IMG/VR virus record: IMGVR_UViG_3300036966_000119
Location: 108,577 to 172,576 of that record
Length of the DNA stretch: 64,000 bases
Origin: a virus
Taxonomy: Duplodnaviria > Caudoviricetes
Strand: one strand, 5' to 3'
This document shows positions 1 to 10,987 of this stretch, piece after piece (within the stretch, counting starts at the first letter, position 1; every line of letters starts with the position of its first letter). The position numbers and the translations under genes are program-made. The notes under the pieces were generated by a model, which was not told the origin of the DNA, did no database searches, and saw nothing but the letters and a program-made list of their open reading frames with translations.

Positions 1-80
1 TGTTTTAACCTTATTTTGGTAGAACTTACCTCGAGGTTTCTATACATATTTAAATACATCAATAACAGGAGGTTTTAAAA

Positions 81-3000
81 ATGGCTGATGAGATTCTGCT
101 TAATAACTATTCTGATGATAGTCAGATAAAAAAGTTCATGCGAGATGAGTTAGCGCCAAGAGTCTTTCATGACATTCCATTGAATGTTCTCAATACAGGT
201 TTCTTCTCTCTCGTCAGTGAGTATATCTCACAGATAACCGAACAGCTTGGTTTTACATCTTCATTCTATTTCAATGAAGCATTCATAACCAAAGCAGTTT
301 TGCCAGATTCTATATATGCTGAAGCTGCTATATTTAATCTGGGTTATTCATTCGCAACACCTGCATCAACAAACTTTCTGCTTGAGTTAAAGATAGAAGA
401 TATCTATAATAACTCAGTATTCAATGCAGACAATGGTTTGTATGAATTCGTGCTTGATAAGAACACAAAGTTCAATCTTCCTGAAGGATTCGTATATTCT
501 CTTGATTATGATATATTAATTCAATACAAGGATATTGCAACATCAAGTATGGATGCATCTATACCGGCATGGAACATCCAATACATCAACAGAAACGAAG
601 CAAATATGTGTGCAACAAATAAAAACGTTTACATCACATATCGTGTTACTGATGTTTGGTTATGTTTATTAATCCAAGCAAACGAATATGAGCGTGAAGT
701 TCATACTGTTGTAAATAATACAACAACCGGTATACCAAATGAAGACACAGTAATCATGTGTCAGAATCATATTGCTGGATTTGATATCAAGTATATCGAC
801 AGCAAGGGAAATGCGCAGTATCTTCAGAGAGACCATATCCTTACTATACATGATACTATTGAGGATAATGCTCCATATGTTAACTATATCATGGACAACC
901 CACAGACTATCCGTTTCATGTGGCAGTTAAGTGGTTCACGTTTCTTCGTTCCTGAAATGAACTCTTCATTTGAAATAACCATATACACATGTCATGGTAA
1001 ATCAGCTAATGCTCCTAACTACAAGAATGATCAACAGCCACAGGTCATCACCGCAGCAAATACATATTCGAATAATGCAAATGTTATGAAAGCGGCATTT
1101 GTAATATCCGGATGTGTTGGTGGTGCTGATATTGGTACTGTTGAAACTACTCGTAGAGAAACCATTGAAGCATATAATACAGCAAATGTATTATCAACTG
1201 ATCATGATCTTGATGAATGGTTTAAGACATTCTACTTCAAGAATATCCTTTATCCGTTCTTCTTTAAGAGACGTGATGATCCGTGGGGTAGAATATGGAG
1301 TGGTTATATGGCATTATCCGATAATGATGATTATGTCTATAGGACCAATACTCTTCATGCTCATATACCATATGAAGTGCTGTATAATAACAATGATAAC
1401 ACTGTATCAAGCAATGAAATTATAATTCCTCCTGGATGGATATGGGTATATATTGATGATACTACAAATCACAAGCATCTTTATACTGTTACTCCATATA
1501 CCAAGGCAGATGGAAAAACAATTGAGACTGTAAATACATTGGCTTCAATTACAGATAAATTCGTATTTGCAAATCCTTTTGGTATGAGAATACAAAAGGA
1601 TCCATTTGCTATAGGATACTTCAATCCTTGGGTAAATGAATACGTCACTGCAACGAAAATAACAAGAGCCACATCTGCTGTTGTTGATAACAACAAGGAA
1701 GATATATCTTACATATATCATGCTTCTCCAATCATCACTAATATCAAGAGAACATATAAAGATGACCATTACACATTCACATCATATATTCTTCCTAATA
1801 TACCTGGAATGAATAATGGTAAAAAGTTAGTTGAATATGTTCGTGCAAACGCTGTTGCTCCATACTTTGATCCTCAAACATGGAACTACATGAAACAGCC
1901 ACTTGATGTATACGCTGAATCAATTCCTCTTATGATACTCACTGAAGAAGATGGATACATTCCATTTGATCCAGAGAACACATATCTGTGTGTTGAACAG
2001 AAAGACCGCATCGATGATGATAAATGGCGTTTCGGTAGAGTGTGGATTGAAGAAAAAATCTCAGCAGATGAAAAACGCCATATCGACATCAGACCATCCG
2101 CAGATAAGATGTATTTGTACGGTACAAATGATATATGGGGAACTAATGGTGCATGTGCTCCATATTCAGTTGCTGTTTCTGGTGATACTGATATCGACAT
2201 ATTCCCATCACTTACATCAGAGGATTTAATAACATTCGGCCGTATTCCTACTCAGAATTATTATGAGATGAGATTGGCTGAAACAGCACCTCGTGGTACA
2301 ATAACGAAAATAGTTGTTGGAGAAGCAACTAAGACCGAATTGACAAAGTACGGCGAATCACAGCTTGTCAAGATAGGTAAGAGTTATTCAGCAGCAATAT
2401 ACATCAACGTATATTACGCCGTTAAAGATGATGAGACTCATACTATTACTGAAAAACAAGTAACATATACGATCTCGAATGCGGCGAATGTATACATGCC
2501 ATACATGTGGAGTACAGAGCAAAGTGAACCAGGTAAATATGTATTCGAAATGGATCAGCTTGGTTCTACATCAATTATTCTGTATGCTGATATGAAACCA
2601 TCTCCTGAAAGTGGCGCTATTGCATATTACAGAATGCCTTTCAATTTATTACCTAAGAACGAACCCATGTTATATGTTCATTCAGAACAGCTCCCTCTTG
2701 CCCTGAATAACTTGCGTGTTATTATGCATGCAATCGTAAATGGTTCAGAAACAGGACGTGTTGAAATGCAGCCTGTATCATTAGAATCTGATGGTTCTTA
2801 TAAGTTTGAGACAACACTTTATCCGTTAACAGAGTTGCTTGATATTGATAACAGAATCAATATGGCTTCAATGAATAACGGTGGTGGTTCTTGGCAGGCT
2901 GTAAATGGTGAAGTTGTATCTGTTGATGCTTCTGATCCACAGTTCAAGATCACAATACTTGTTAGATCTGATGACGCCAACAGAGATTCCGAAATTGAAA

Positions 3001-4301
3001 AGGGCGATTCCTACACAGGATTCAGAGTTACGGATGAATATATGTTAGACGACGTAGATCTAATCCAGGAACTCAAAGAAATGAGAAGTGTTGTCGAATT
3101 CGGAGAAGATTCAGTTCCATCCGAAGAACAGATCAATCTGTACAAACGTATGTTGGCATATTCTGAATATAATGCGTCAGATCCATACAATATGTATTAT
3201 CTGACACTATATGCATACAACATGATTATGGGTGTTGAGATGCCTGACTCACCGTTCTCAGAATTCAGACAGGCTTGTTCTGATGATAGACCAACATTCC
3301 GTAGCTTCTTCACTGAATATGGAATGATCATGAGTGAATATGGTATTCCTGAATGGTTTGCTGAACTCGATGATGTATTAACAACAATCATCAATCATGA
3401 AGAGCTTCCTCCAAACATTGTACCAATCACAGATCCATCGGCTCCGACATGGGTTCCGAACAAGTTCTATATGAAAAATGATATGGGTAAGTATATCCTG
3501 TTAACAGAAGAACCAGCTAACTGGGTAAACAACTATCTCAACTACTACGTTGACACAAATGAAGTTCTTGATTGGTATCTTATATACAATACATTCAGTG
3601 AATATCAAAATAATGTCAATAAGGCATTTGAACCAGTAAACATCAATGGTGGTATGACTGTACAGCTCGTACCATTTGTTGAATACTCATTAATGTTATC
3701 AGACAGATTTGAGAACTTTGTATCATCATTCACTCAGATACATAAGGCTATTGAACCTGTCATATTCAAACGTCTTGAAGGAAACAACTACCTTGATTGC
3801 AAACTCATTGCAACATACGGTAGACCACATTCGTATTCTTCTGATTTGAATGTAAATCTGAATCCTGATGATGAACGTGCTTACTGGCCTGATCTGAATA
3901 TACAGATTGAATTTGATGTCAAACTGTATAACCAGGCATTGGCAACAAATACAATCAATGAACTCAGATTGATTGTTAAGTCATACTTCAATAGACTTAC
4001 ATCCGTACATACACCAGTTGATGCAATATCAATGGATAACAATATCTACATTTCTCATGTAATTCAACAGATGGAAGCACATGACAATGTTGCATGGATG
4101 AAATTCAAAGGATGGTATACTAATGAAAAGGGTCGTGCTGATGGTAACTATATGGATGCCAACACACAGGCAATTGTTCAGAAGTGGAAATCGTTTGAAG
4201 ATATGCTCAAGGACAGAGAAGGAAAATCCGAACTTGAGAGATATACTCCTGAGATGTTTGTAATGGAAGACGATAATATCGTAATCAATATAATCAAGTA
4301 A
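81..4301 (+). CDS. Large virion structural protein, probable baseplate wedge subunit (T4 gp6-like N-terminus)
   Basis: 1406-aa ORF with GGAGG RBS. N-terminal NEAFITKAVLPDSIYAEAA..LGY and later GGADIGTVETTRRE resemble baseplate wedge/J-like proteins. Lies next to tail fibre genes. Confidence 0.6.
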   Translation: MADEILLNNYSDDSQIKKFMRDELAPRVFHDIPLNVLNTGFFSLVSEYISQITEQLGFTSSFYFNEAFITKAVLPDSIYAEAAIFNLGYSFATPASTNFLLELKIEDIYNNSVFNADNGLYEFVLDKNTKFNLPEGFVYSLDYDILIQYKDIATSSMDASIPAWNIQYINRNEANMCATNKNVYITYRVTDVWLCLLIQANEYEREVHTVVNNTTTGIPNEDTVIMCQNHIAGFDIKYIDSKGNAQYLQRDHILTIHDTIEDNAPYVNYIMDNPQTIRFMWQLSGSRFFVPEMNSSFEITIYTCHGKSANAPNYKNDQQPQVITAANTYSNNANVMKAAFVISGCVGGADIGTVETTRRETIEAYNTANVLSTDHDLDEWFKTFYFKNILYPFFFKRRDDPWGRIWSGYMALSDNDDYVYRTNTLHAHIPYEVLYNNNDNTVSSNEIIIPPGWIWVYIDDTTNHKHLYTVTPYTKADGKTIETVNTLASITDKFVFANPFGMRIQKDPFAIGYFNPWVNEYVTATKITRATSAVVDNNKEDISYIYHASPIITNIKRTYKDDHYTFTSYILPNIPGMNNGKKLVEYVRANAVAPYFDPQTWNYMKQPLDVYAESIPLMILTEEDGYIPFDPENTYLCVEQKDRIDDDKWRFGRVWIEEKISADEKRHIDIRPSADKMYLYGTNDIWGTNGACAPYSVAVSGDTDIDIFPSLTSEDLITFGRIPTQNYYEMRLAETAPRGTITKIVVGEATKTELTKYGESQLVKIGKSYSAAIYINVYYAVKDDETHTITEKQVTYTISNAANVYMPYMWSTEQSEPGKYVFEMDQLGSTSIILYADMKPSPESGAIAYYRMPFNLLPKNEPMLYVHSEQLPLALNNLRVIMHAIVNGSETGRVEMQPVSLESDGSYKFETTLYPLTELLDIDNRINMASMNNGGGSWQAVNGEVVSVDASDPQFKITILVRSDDANRDSEIEKGDSYTGFRVTDEYMLDDVDLIQELKEMRSVVEFGEDSVPSEEQINLYKRMLAYSEYNASDPYNMYYLTLYAYNMIMGVEMPDSPFSEFRQACSDDRPTFRSFFTEYGMIMSEYGIPEWFAELDDVLTTIINHEELPPNIVPITDPSAPTWVPNKFYMKNDMGKYILLTEEPANWVNNYLNYYVDTNEVLDWYLIYNTFSEYQNNVNKAFEPVNINGGMTVQLVPFVEYSLMLSDRFENFVSSFTQIHKAIEPVIFKRLEGNNYLDCKLIATYGRPHSYSSDLNVNLNPDDERAYWPDLNIQIEFDVKLYNQALATNTINELRLIVKSYFNRLTSVHTPVDAISMDNNIYISHVIQQMEAHDNVAWMKFKGWYTNEKGRADGNYMDANTQAIVQKWKSFEDMLKDREGKSELERYTPEMFVMEDDNIVINIIK

Positions 4302-4310
4302 TTATGAATT

Positions 4311-4338
4311 TATTACGGGGGCAATTGCCCCCGTAATA
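4311..4338. terminator. Bidirectional terminator, perfect 28-bp palindrome
   Basis: TATTACGGGGGCAATTGCCCCCGTAATA between convergent genes. Confidence 0.85.
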
Positions 4339-4365
4339 TCTTCTATTTGTTCAACTGTCATTTTA

Positions 4366-4896
4366 TTAAGAATTTGATATAGTCGCTTTAACAGAAGTAA
4401 CTCCACTCAAACGCAATATCGGTTCTGGTGTTTGACGCTTATGTTGGGTTGGTAATATATCGATAGAGATGGGATTTGCGACATCGAATCTACATATTCC
4501 AAATGTAAATTCATTTTTGGTATTGATGTGATCGTTTTCATATGCTTCAATAACAATATCGTTATCAATATCTAATCGGCATAATCCAAGTGTCATAGGT
4601 TGATCCATGGGATTCTCCGCTTCTATCATATATGTCTGAATACCCCATGTCATATCAACATCAAATCTACACATACCCATTGTAAAAACATCTGATATAT
4701 CCGTTTCTTCAGTAGTCATGGAATCAACCGATGCTTTTACCGATGATATGCCCATTAGATGTAATGCGGGATTTACATAATACGGAGGGGTATATTCCCC
4801 GGAAACGTATACACCATAAACGGGGACAACTACGTCATCCCCGTGTATATTATGTGTCTTCTTTAATACTTCTTTAGAACGAAATACATTAGCCAT
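4366..4896 (-). CDS. Hypothetical tail-associated protein with three internal repeats
   Basis: 176-aa ORF with GGGGTG RBS; repeats FTMGMCRFDVD / MTLGLCRLDID / FTFGICRFDVA. Confidence 0.75.
   Translation of the reverse strand: MANVFRSKEVLKKTHNIHGDDVVVPVYGVYVSGEYTPPYYVNPALHLMGISSVKASVDSMTTEETDISDVFTMGMCRFDVDMTWGIQTYMIEAENPMDQPMTLGLCRLDIDNDIVIEAYENDHINTKNEFTFGICRFDVANPISIDILPTQHKRQTPEPILRLSGVTSVKATISNS
4804..4896 (-). repeat. 93-bp direct repeat, copy 1
   Basis: 85/93 identical to 8071-8163; encodes MANVFRSKEVLKKTHN.HGD...VPVYGV. Confidence 0.95.
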
Positions 4897-4911
4897 GTTA
4901 TTTCACCCCAA

Positions 4912-7900
4912 TCAAGTATCACCATTGATGATACGATTAAGATCATTTGTGACCTTCCATTCAATTGATGTACCCCAGAATCTGACAGGATTGTTCTTGG
5001 CATTGATAGTATTCGTAACACCAATAGCTTTCATGGTAGTAAATGCTTCAATTGGTACATAGTAGATCTTATTGGAGTCTTCTGACCTGGATGAATATTG
5101 AGCAACAATAAGAACACCATCTTTGTATAGAATTTGCATTCCCGTAGAAGCGTAGCCGTAAATATGATAACTACCTGGGCAAAGTCTTTGTTGATATTGT
5201 GCATGCCAACGTGGACCATTATCCAATACTTCTCCAAGGTTTATACCTTGAACCCATCGATCATGTTTTGCAATCATCATTAATGATTTATTATTCTTAC
5301 ACATCTTTATCTGCACATCTCTCAGATTGGTATGCCAGCTCTTGTAACTATCATTCGGATTATCTTCAAACTGGTATGATGTGGTTGGGTCTTCAGCTTT
5401 TATGAAGAATGACTTATAATTATAACCCCATCTACCGAATACCAAAGCATCATCGGTACCGATAATATCCTTTACACGCCATGCTTCTGTATATGTATAC
5501 CATTGCTCTGTATTGGCCTTAAAGTCTTCTGTCAACTGCTGTAAGACATCATTTTTTATGTCATACATAAATACAGTTGAAACATTACCAGTTGTGAGTG
5601 CCTGAATGTAAACGAAATCTTTCCAACCAAATATACAACGAATTGTATATGTAGCTTGGTCGATAACGAATGTGCTATACAGTGAACAGTTGTCTGACAT
5701 ATCCAGTACCTTGAATACATAGTGTCCTGTCGAAGATTCATCGACGTCTTGGTATACACAGTATGGAGATTTATTAAGACCATACAGATGTGAACAACCA
5801 GCAATATGAGTCTGAGTCTCATTGTAGATATCAACAACAATACCCTCTGTACTTACATTACTATTTAAGACTTTTTGTACACATAAATATCCATCATCAA
5901 CAAATGTAATCATGTTTACATTACTTGATGAATCCGGGATTGGAGTGTCCCATATAAGAGATATATCAGATGAAGTTGGTGTATCATTGTAATCACCAAC
6001 AGTCCATATTCTGAAGTAATTAGTTTGAGACCAATAACCAGATGTATTTTGCACAGCATTACCAGATGGATTACTGTATGGAGATGAACCACGGCACATT
6101 GTTCCTATGATACGATCACCATTTTTGGTTTTCCAACGATATATAGGATGCATCATTGTTTCATTATCAAACATCAATGGATACGATGCTTTCAATGTCT
6201 TGTTCTCAAGATCATAGTATACGAGATCGAAGTTAGTCATAAAATATTCATGTGTATCATCAGCAATAGACATAGCAAATGTATTTGAATAGTCTACCGA
6301 TAGGTTACCAATAACATCCAGATTCTTTGGATCAACATTCATAGGACAACCATTAGCTGTTAATTCAAAAGGTTCTATATCAGGAATAACTCGATGAACT
6401 TTTCTGACTGTTCTATCATATACTGGATGCAAGATTCCGTTTCCGTTATCACTGGTAACATTTCCAGAGACGATGATGTAGTACCGCTTTGTTCTTAGAG
6501 CTTGTGGGACGTTAGAAAGGTTCGCAATCATTGTCCATTGGGAAGTATCCCAATATGCATCGGTCGCAGCAATAGTAATACCGGAATTATCAAATGCCAG
6601 TATTGGATAATTTGTGAATGCATTTACAAACACCCATGCGGTTATATCGATACCATTATAATTTATTGGTAACTTGAACCTGTTTGTCCAATGATTTTCA
6701 TGGTATTTTGTACTTGTCGGATTAACAAGATTTATTGGAACATCCCATTTCTTTGTATTGTAATTATACATCGTCAAAGAAGTTATGTCTATCTGCGAAC
6801 ATGGTAACGGACTAACGTAACGACGATAATATTTGTCGCTATTTTTGCCGATGGACCAATCTATATCAAGGAGATTGTTATTGTTAATATCTACTCGTGT
6901 AGAATTATACGAATCTGGAAACGCATCAGAAGGTTGATTGGTTGCTATGTTAATTGATTCAATGTTTCTTATTGAATCATATTGTGACCCAGCAGGTATA
7001 TCATTATATGAGAATATTTCATAACCTTCAAATTCTTTCGAATATGATGATGAAACAAGATTTCTATGATCGTTCGACCAAGTAAATGATTTACCGTAGA
7101 AAAATCCATGACAATACATGTATGGATCATCAATGAACATACTATGATCAACATCAGTCGATGCTTCACGTTTAATACTTCTACCAGAATCAGCAACCGT
7201 TCTGTCAGTTAGAACCGGCTTTATTCTGATCCAGTCCCATGTACCAAGAGCTGGAATTTCTTGATTTCTCAATAAAGTAATATACAAATCATTTACAGAA
7301 AGATCCTTGTATAAACATGATGGTGTCATTAGTATATAAAGACCATTTGTATATGCATTATCTATGAGATCACTGCTTAATGTGAATATAAGATATGGTG
7401 TTATTGTCAAACGAGTATTCGGTTTCTTCTGAATTTTTGACAATTGACCTTGATCATCATAAACACGAGCATGAGTTCTCATGGAGAGATTAGACGCTGT
7501 TGAATCGGATGTACATAAACCAAATTCGGTTATATCATACAACTGATTATTTCCATCTGTGTAATCCCAAATGAATCTGTTGGGAACATATGCTTGTGAA
7601 ATAATATGGTTGGTTGAATCATATTCAACATTCTTCCAACCCTTCTCTGACGAGCTCATGTTAGCATCGCTGGTTTTAATACCTAAAGCGGATATATAAC
7701 CAGGCATTTTATTATTGGATGGATCTATGGTATCTGGATCTGTAACAGCATAACCATTTCCAAGAGCCATTTTGTATCTAGATAATATATTGTCGTTGTT
7801 TGAGTATTCTGCTAAGATGTCTACCATACCGTCATTGGTTGCATAGTTCTTACCAATCTTAACATCTATAATATTTCCGTCCATATCAGTTAATTCACAT

Positions 7901-7977
7901 AAATAAAGATTTGAGAATTTCTTTATTGGATTATTTGAAATGAACGTTTTGATCTTATCAGGGAGAGTATTACTCAT
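4912..7977 (-). CDS. Putative tail fibre/baseplate-associated protein, paralog B
   Basis: About 1020 aa, likely start MSNTL after GAGGTG. Beta-rich. Shares SNLY..TDMDGNIIDVK.GKN.ATNDG, ITEFG, RTHARVYDDQG and ATDAYWD with 8165-10987. Confidence 0.65.
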   Translation of the reverse strand: MSNTLPDKIKTFISNNPIKKFSNLYLCELTDMDGNIIDVKIGKNYATNDGMVDILAEYSNNDNILSRYKMALGNGYAVTDPDTIDPSNNKMPGYISALGIKTSDANMSSSEKGWKNVEYDSTNHIISQAYVPNRFIWDYTDGNNQLYDITEFGLCTSDSTASNLSMRTHARVYDDQGQLSKIQKKPNTRLTITPYLIFTLSSDLIDNAYTNGLYILMTPSCLYKDLSVNDLYITLLRNQEIPALGTWDWIRIKPVLTDRTVADSGRSIKREASTDVDHSMFIDDPYMYCHGFFYGKSFTWSNDHRNLVSSSYSKEFEGYEIFSYNDIPAGSQYDSIRNIESINIATNQPSDAFPDSYNSTRVDINNNNLLDIDWSIGKNSDKYYRRYVSPLPCSQIDITSLTMYNYNTKKWDVPINLVNPTSTKYHENHWTNRFKLPINYNGIDITAWVFVNAFTNYPILAFDNSGITIAATDAYWDTSQWTMIANLSNVPQALRTKRYYIIVSGNVTSDNGNGILHPVYDRTVRKVHRVIPDIEPFELTANGCPMNVDPKNLDVIGNLSVDYSNTFAMSIADDTHEYFMTNFDLVYYDLENKTLKASYPLMFDNETMMHPIYRWKTKNGDRIIGTMCRGSSPYSNPSGNAVQNTSGYWSQTNYFRIWTVGDYNDTPTSSDISLIWDTPIPDSSSNVNMITFVDDGYLCVQKVLNSNVSTEGIVVDIYNETQTHIAGCSHLYGLNKSPYCVYQDVDESSTGHYVFKVLDMSDNCSLYSTFVIDQATYTIRCIFGWKDFVYIQALTTGNVSTVFMYDIKNDVLQQLTEDFKANTEQWYTYTEAWRVKDIIGTDDALVFGRWGYNYKSFFIKAEDPTTSYQFEDNPNDSYKSWHTNLRDVQIKMCKNNKSLMMIAKHDRWVQGINLGEVLDNGPRWHAQYQQRLCPGSYHIYGYASTGMQILYKDGVLIVAQYSSRSEDSNKIYYVPIEAFTTMKAIGVTNTINAKNNPVRFWGTSIEWKVTNDLNRIINGDT

Positions 7978-7995
7978 ACTTATCACCTCTTTATT

Positions 7996-8163
7996 TTATT
8001 TAACAATCACGTGATTGTTGCTTTTACTGTTTCTATTGTACGTATCCAGGCTGTGTATGGCACGAATGTGAACGCATACACCATAAACGGGGACAATGTT
8101 GTTGTCCCCGTGTGTATTATGTGTCTTCTTTAATACTTCTTTAGAACGAAATACATTAGCCAT
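7996..8163 (-). pseudogene. Truncated copy of the 4366-4896 gene (first 31 codons, then unrelated tail; 55 aa)
   Basis: N-terminus MANVFRSKEVLKKTHN is identical; similarity ends at 8071. Confidence 0.65.
8071..8163 (-). repeat. 93-bp direct repeat, copy 2
   Basis: 85/93 identical to 4804-4896, 3267 bp apart. Confidence 0.95.
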
Positions 8164-8164
8164 A

Positions 8165-10987
8165 TCACCAACTCCATCCGATGATAGTACCATTACCATC
8201 GGTTTGAGCCAATGGTTTTCCGGGTGGTATTCCTCTTGAGTTAGCAGTTCCGTCTCCGTATGAAGGTCTGTTGGTATAACGTAATAACCACTGCTTATTT
8301 GTAATATTTTTAATAGTAGTCATCGCAGTAGGTGTATCAGTCTTACCAACAATCTTTATCGGCATCCAGTTTGGTATAGGAGATTTAATCCACAGAGTCT
8401 GTGGACTTGTACCTGTAGCCTGTTCACACCATATGAAATTTTCACCATATGGAATGATTGCATTCAACGATTCCTGGAGGTAATAATGCTTCATGATTGT
8501 TGATGTTCTCAAATATTGACCAAAGTCTATTACTTGTATCTGAGCACCTACATTATTACCAGAAACATGATATCCTCTACAGATTGAAAGAACTATAGCA
8601 CCACGAGTTGTATCACCTGATGTTGATTTGTATGTATATCTCAAATCGTAATTAACACGTGTTCCGAGATACTCATTATCAACATCAAAATCATTTAGAC
8701 CCTGTGGCATTGTTGGATTATCCATACGAATATAATGTGCTTTCTTAATATTACCCTTACCATATTCAGAGAATTTATATACGATGAATACATCATCAAC
8801 AGATGTAAATCTTACATCACTGAGGCCAGAGTTGTATGGGATGTTATTTGTAAACGCTTCAGGAGTTCTACTTGAACCAGATGCAACGTTAACAACGAAT
8901 GCATATGTTGAACCGTTTGTACACCATACATAGTCTGAAACGCCATCAGAATGACCAAACATGAATGGTATATTTGATATTGTTGATGGGAATGGAATTG
9001 GTGAACCATCAACCGCACCAGTTGTGACATCATAGATGTACACCTTCTTGTCAGATGTACCAGCAGGAACATAAGCTACCTTATTAGTACCCCAAATACA
9101 ACAAGACATCTTCCAGTCATGTTTATGAGATACAAAGTTAGCACCACGTATATCAATGATAACACATTCTTCAACACCCGACTTAACTGATTGCATACAG
9201 ATAATACCGGTACCGGATTCAGTTCTATAACATTCACTGTATGAATTAACAGTACCTGTGAATGGAAGTGTTTCTTCTGATGATGTTATAGTTGTTGGAT
9301 CTTGACGACTTGTATCGGTTGCAAATACTTTATTATTCACTGAATTGAACGTAATCAACCATTTTCCATATGTCATTGATTCAGTATTGGACGAGTCTCC
9401 TACTGTGTATACATACATAGATTCAGGGAAGTAAACTTTGTTTCCACGTAAGAACCATTTGTATGCATAGTTATCACAAGTATTTGCGATACCATATACG
9501 GTACCAAGACCACCATATGAAACGAATCCATTATCATCAGGAGTAGAACCGCCTGGTTCTAACAACTGGAATACGTCTGACTGACGTGTGAACTTTAAGT
9601 CGTTTGCTTTGACATTTGTTGATGTTATCCAGAAACGTTTCTGAGATGCTCCCTTAGAGGCAATATCATTGAAGTTATCAATGAATATCCATGTATCGAA
9701 ATCCCAATAACTGTCGGTTGCATATACTGACAATGAACCAACTGAGATTGAGAGTATGGGATCATCAGGACGTATATTCTGATAGAGATACGCAGTAATG
9801 ATCTCTCTACCATTCCAGTAGTATATCGGAAGACCACATGTACTCTGTGCAGGTGTATCAGAATATAATCTATTATTTGGATTATAGACACTCATCTGAA
9901 CATTCCATCCATCAGTCTTCCAGTCATACAGATAACCATTAGCTGTATTGAAATGTGTTATCGGAGGCCACTGATGTTTGTTGTAGTTAGCCGTATTTTC
10001 AGGAACCATACCAAACTTCTCAGAGAATCCAAGATGTTTGTAAGGTGTCTTTGACTGAAGATTGATAACATTCACTGCTTCAGGTGATGATAAGAATGCT
10101 GGTTCAAGAATACACATACCTGGTGTGTAATACAAGAAACCATCAATGTATCCTGAGTCATCTCCAGCACCATCGTACAATACAAATGAATTACAAATAG
10201 ATGAATTTGTAAATACGTTTTCTTGTGTATTGTCGATTGTATGATAACCATCAGAATATGCATATGTCTGACGGTTGAATACTTTGTCATCACGTTTGTA
10301 TGTGTATATGTTTGATTCAAACATTCTGTGATACATGATTTGGTTGGTAGTAATCATAGTATATACATCATTAGCCCAACCGTTCTGAATCAGATGTTCA
10401 TAGAATGATAAACACATATAAACTGTGATTATGAGTTTTTCATCCTGTTTCTTGACAATACTCGTACGAGTACCATCATCAGAATATATACGTGAATGTG
10501 TCCACAGATTATTCCATGCAGTACCAATACCGTATTCTTCGATACGAGTATCTCCAGGGAAGTTATCGATATTCAAAGGATATTCGCATACCATGAATCT
10601 TGATATCAATGTAATTAAACCGTCACCAGGCTCTGTTCCTGCGGCATAATACATTGGATATGCATAGTCCTTTGACGTGTCTGTGTTTGTAGCAGCAAGA
10701 CCATTGAAGCAAACATTCTCAAGCTGTGTATCTTCTATTGTAACAGGAGTTGTACCCGAACCAACATAAAGCTTTACAGTACTTGATGCTTCAAATGCAT
10801 TACCAAACTGATATACTGCTGAGAAACCAGTATTAGTCATTACATTCATACCATACTTCTCATCAGTAATATTTCCGTCTTTATCTACAGAGGTGAACAC
10901 ATAAATGTTTGATACTCCAGGATGGATCTTTTGTGAGTTCTTAACGAATTTCATTGCACGCATAAATATTTCGTCACGTTGGCTCAT
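8165..10987 (-). CDS. Putative tail fibre/baseplate-associated protein, paralog A
   Basis: About 940 aa, start MSQRD after GGAGGAGG. SNIYVFTSVDKDGNITDEKYGMNVMTNTG, IEEYG, WTHSRIYSDDG and ATDSYWD are shared with paralog B. Confidence 0.65.
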   Translation of the reverse strand: MSQRDEIFMRAMKFVKNSQKIHPGVSNIYVFTSVDKDGNITDEKYGMNVMTNTGFSAVYQFGNAFEASSTVKLYVGSGTTPVTIEDTQLENVCFNGLAATNTDTSKDYAYPMYYAAGTEPGDGLITLISRFMVCEYPLNIDNFPGDTRIEEYGIGTAWNNLWTHSRIYSDDGTRTSIVKKQDEKLIITVYMCLSFYEHLIQNGWANDVYTMITTNQIMYHRMFESNIYTYKRDDKVFNRQTYAYSDGYHTIDNTQENVFTNSSICNSFVLYDGAGDDSGYIDGFLYYTPGMCILEPAFLSSPEAVNVINLQSKTPYKHLGFSEKFGMVPENTANYNKHQWPPITHFNTANGYLYDWKTDGWNVQMSVYNPNNRLYSDTPAQSTCGLPIYYWNGREIITAYLYQNIRPDDPILSISVGSLSVYATDSYWDFDTWIFIDNFNDIASKGASQKRFWITSTNVKANDLKFTRQSDVFQLLEPGGSTPDDNGFVSYGGLGTVYGIANTCDNYAYKWFLRGNKVYFPESMYVYTVGDSSNTESMTYGKWLITFNSVNNKVFATDTSRQDPTTITSSEETLPFTGTVNSYSECYRTESGTGIICMQSVKSGVEECVIIDIRGANFVSHKHDWKMSCCIWGTNKVAYVPAGTSDKKVYIYDVTTGAVDGSPIPFPSTISNIPFMFGHSDGVSDYVWCTNGSTYAFVVNVASGSSRTPEAFTNNIPYNSGLSDVRFTSVDDVFIVYKFSEYGKGNIKKAHYIRMDNPTMPQGLNDFDVDNEYLGTRVNYDLRYTYKSTSGDTTRGAIVLSICRGYHVSGNNVGAQIQVIDFGQYLRTSTIMKHYYLQESLNAIIPYGENFIWCEQATGTSPQTLWIKSPIPNWMPIKIVGKTDTPTAMTTIKNITNKQWLLRYTNRPSYGDGTANSRGIPPGKPLAQTDGNGTIIGWSW

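Noticed and set aside
4804-8163. 93-bp repeat pair as a diversity-generating retroelement TR/VR
   Set aside because: Mismatches are not confined to adenines of one copy, the repeat is at a gene 5' end, and no reverse transcriptase is present in the window.
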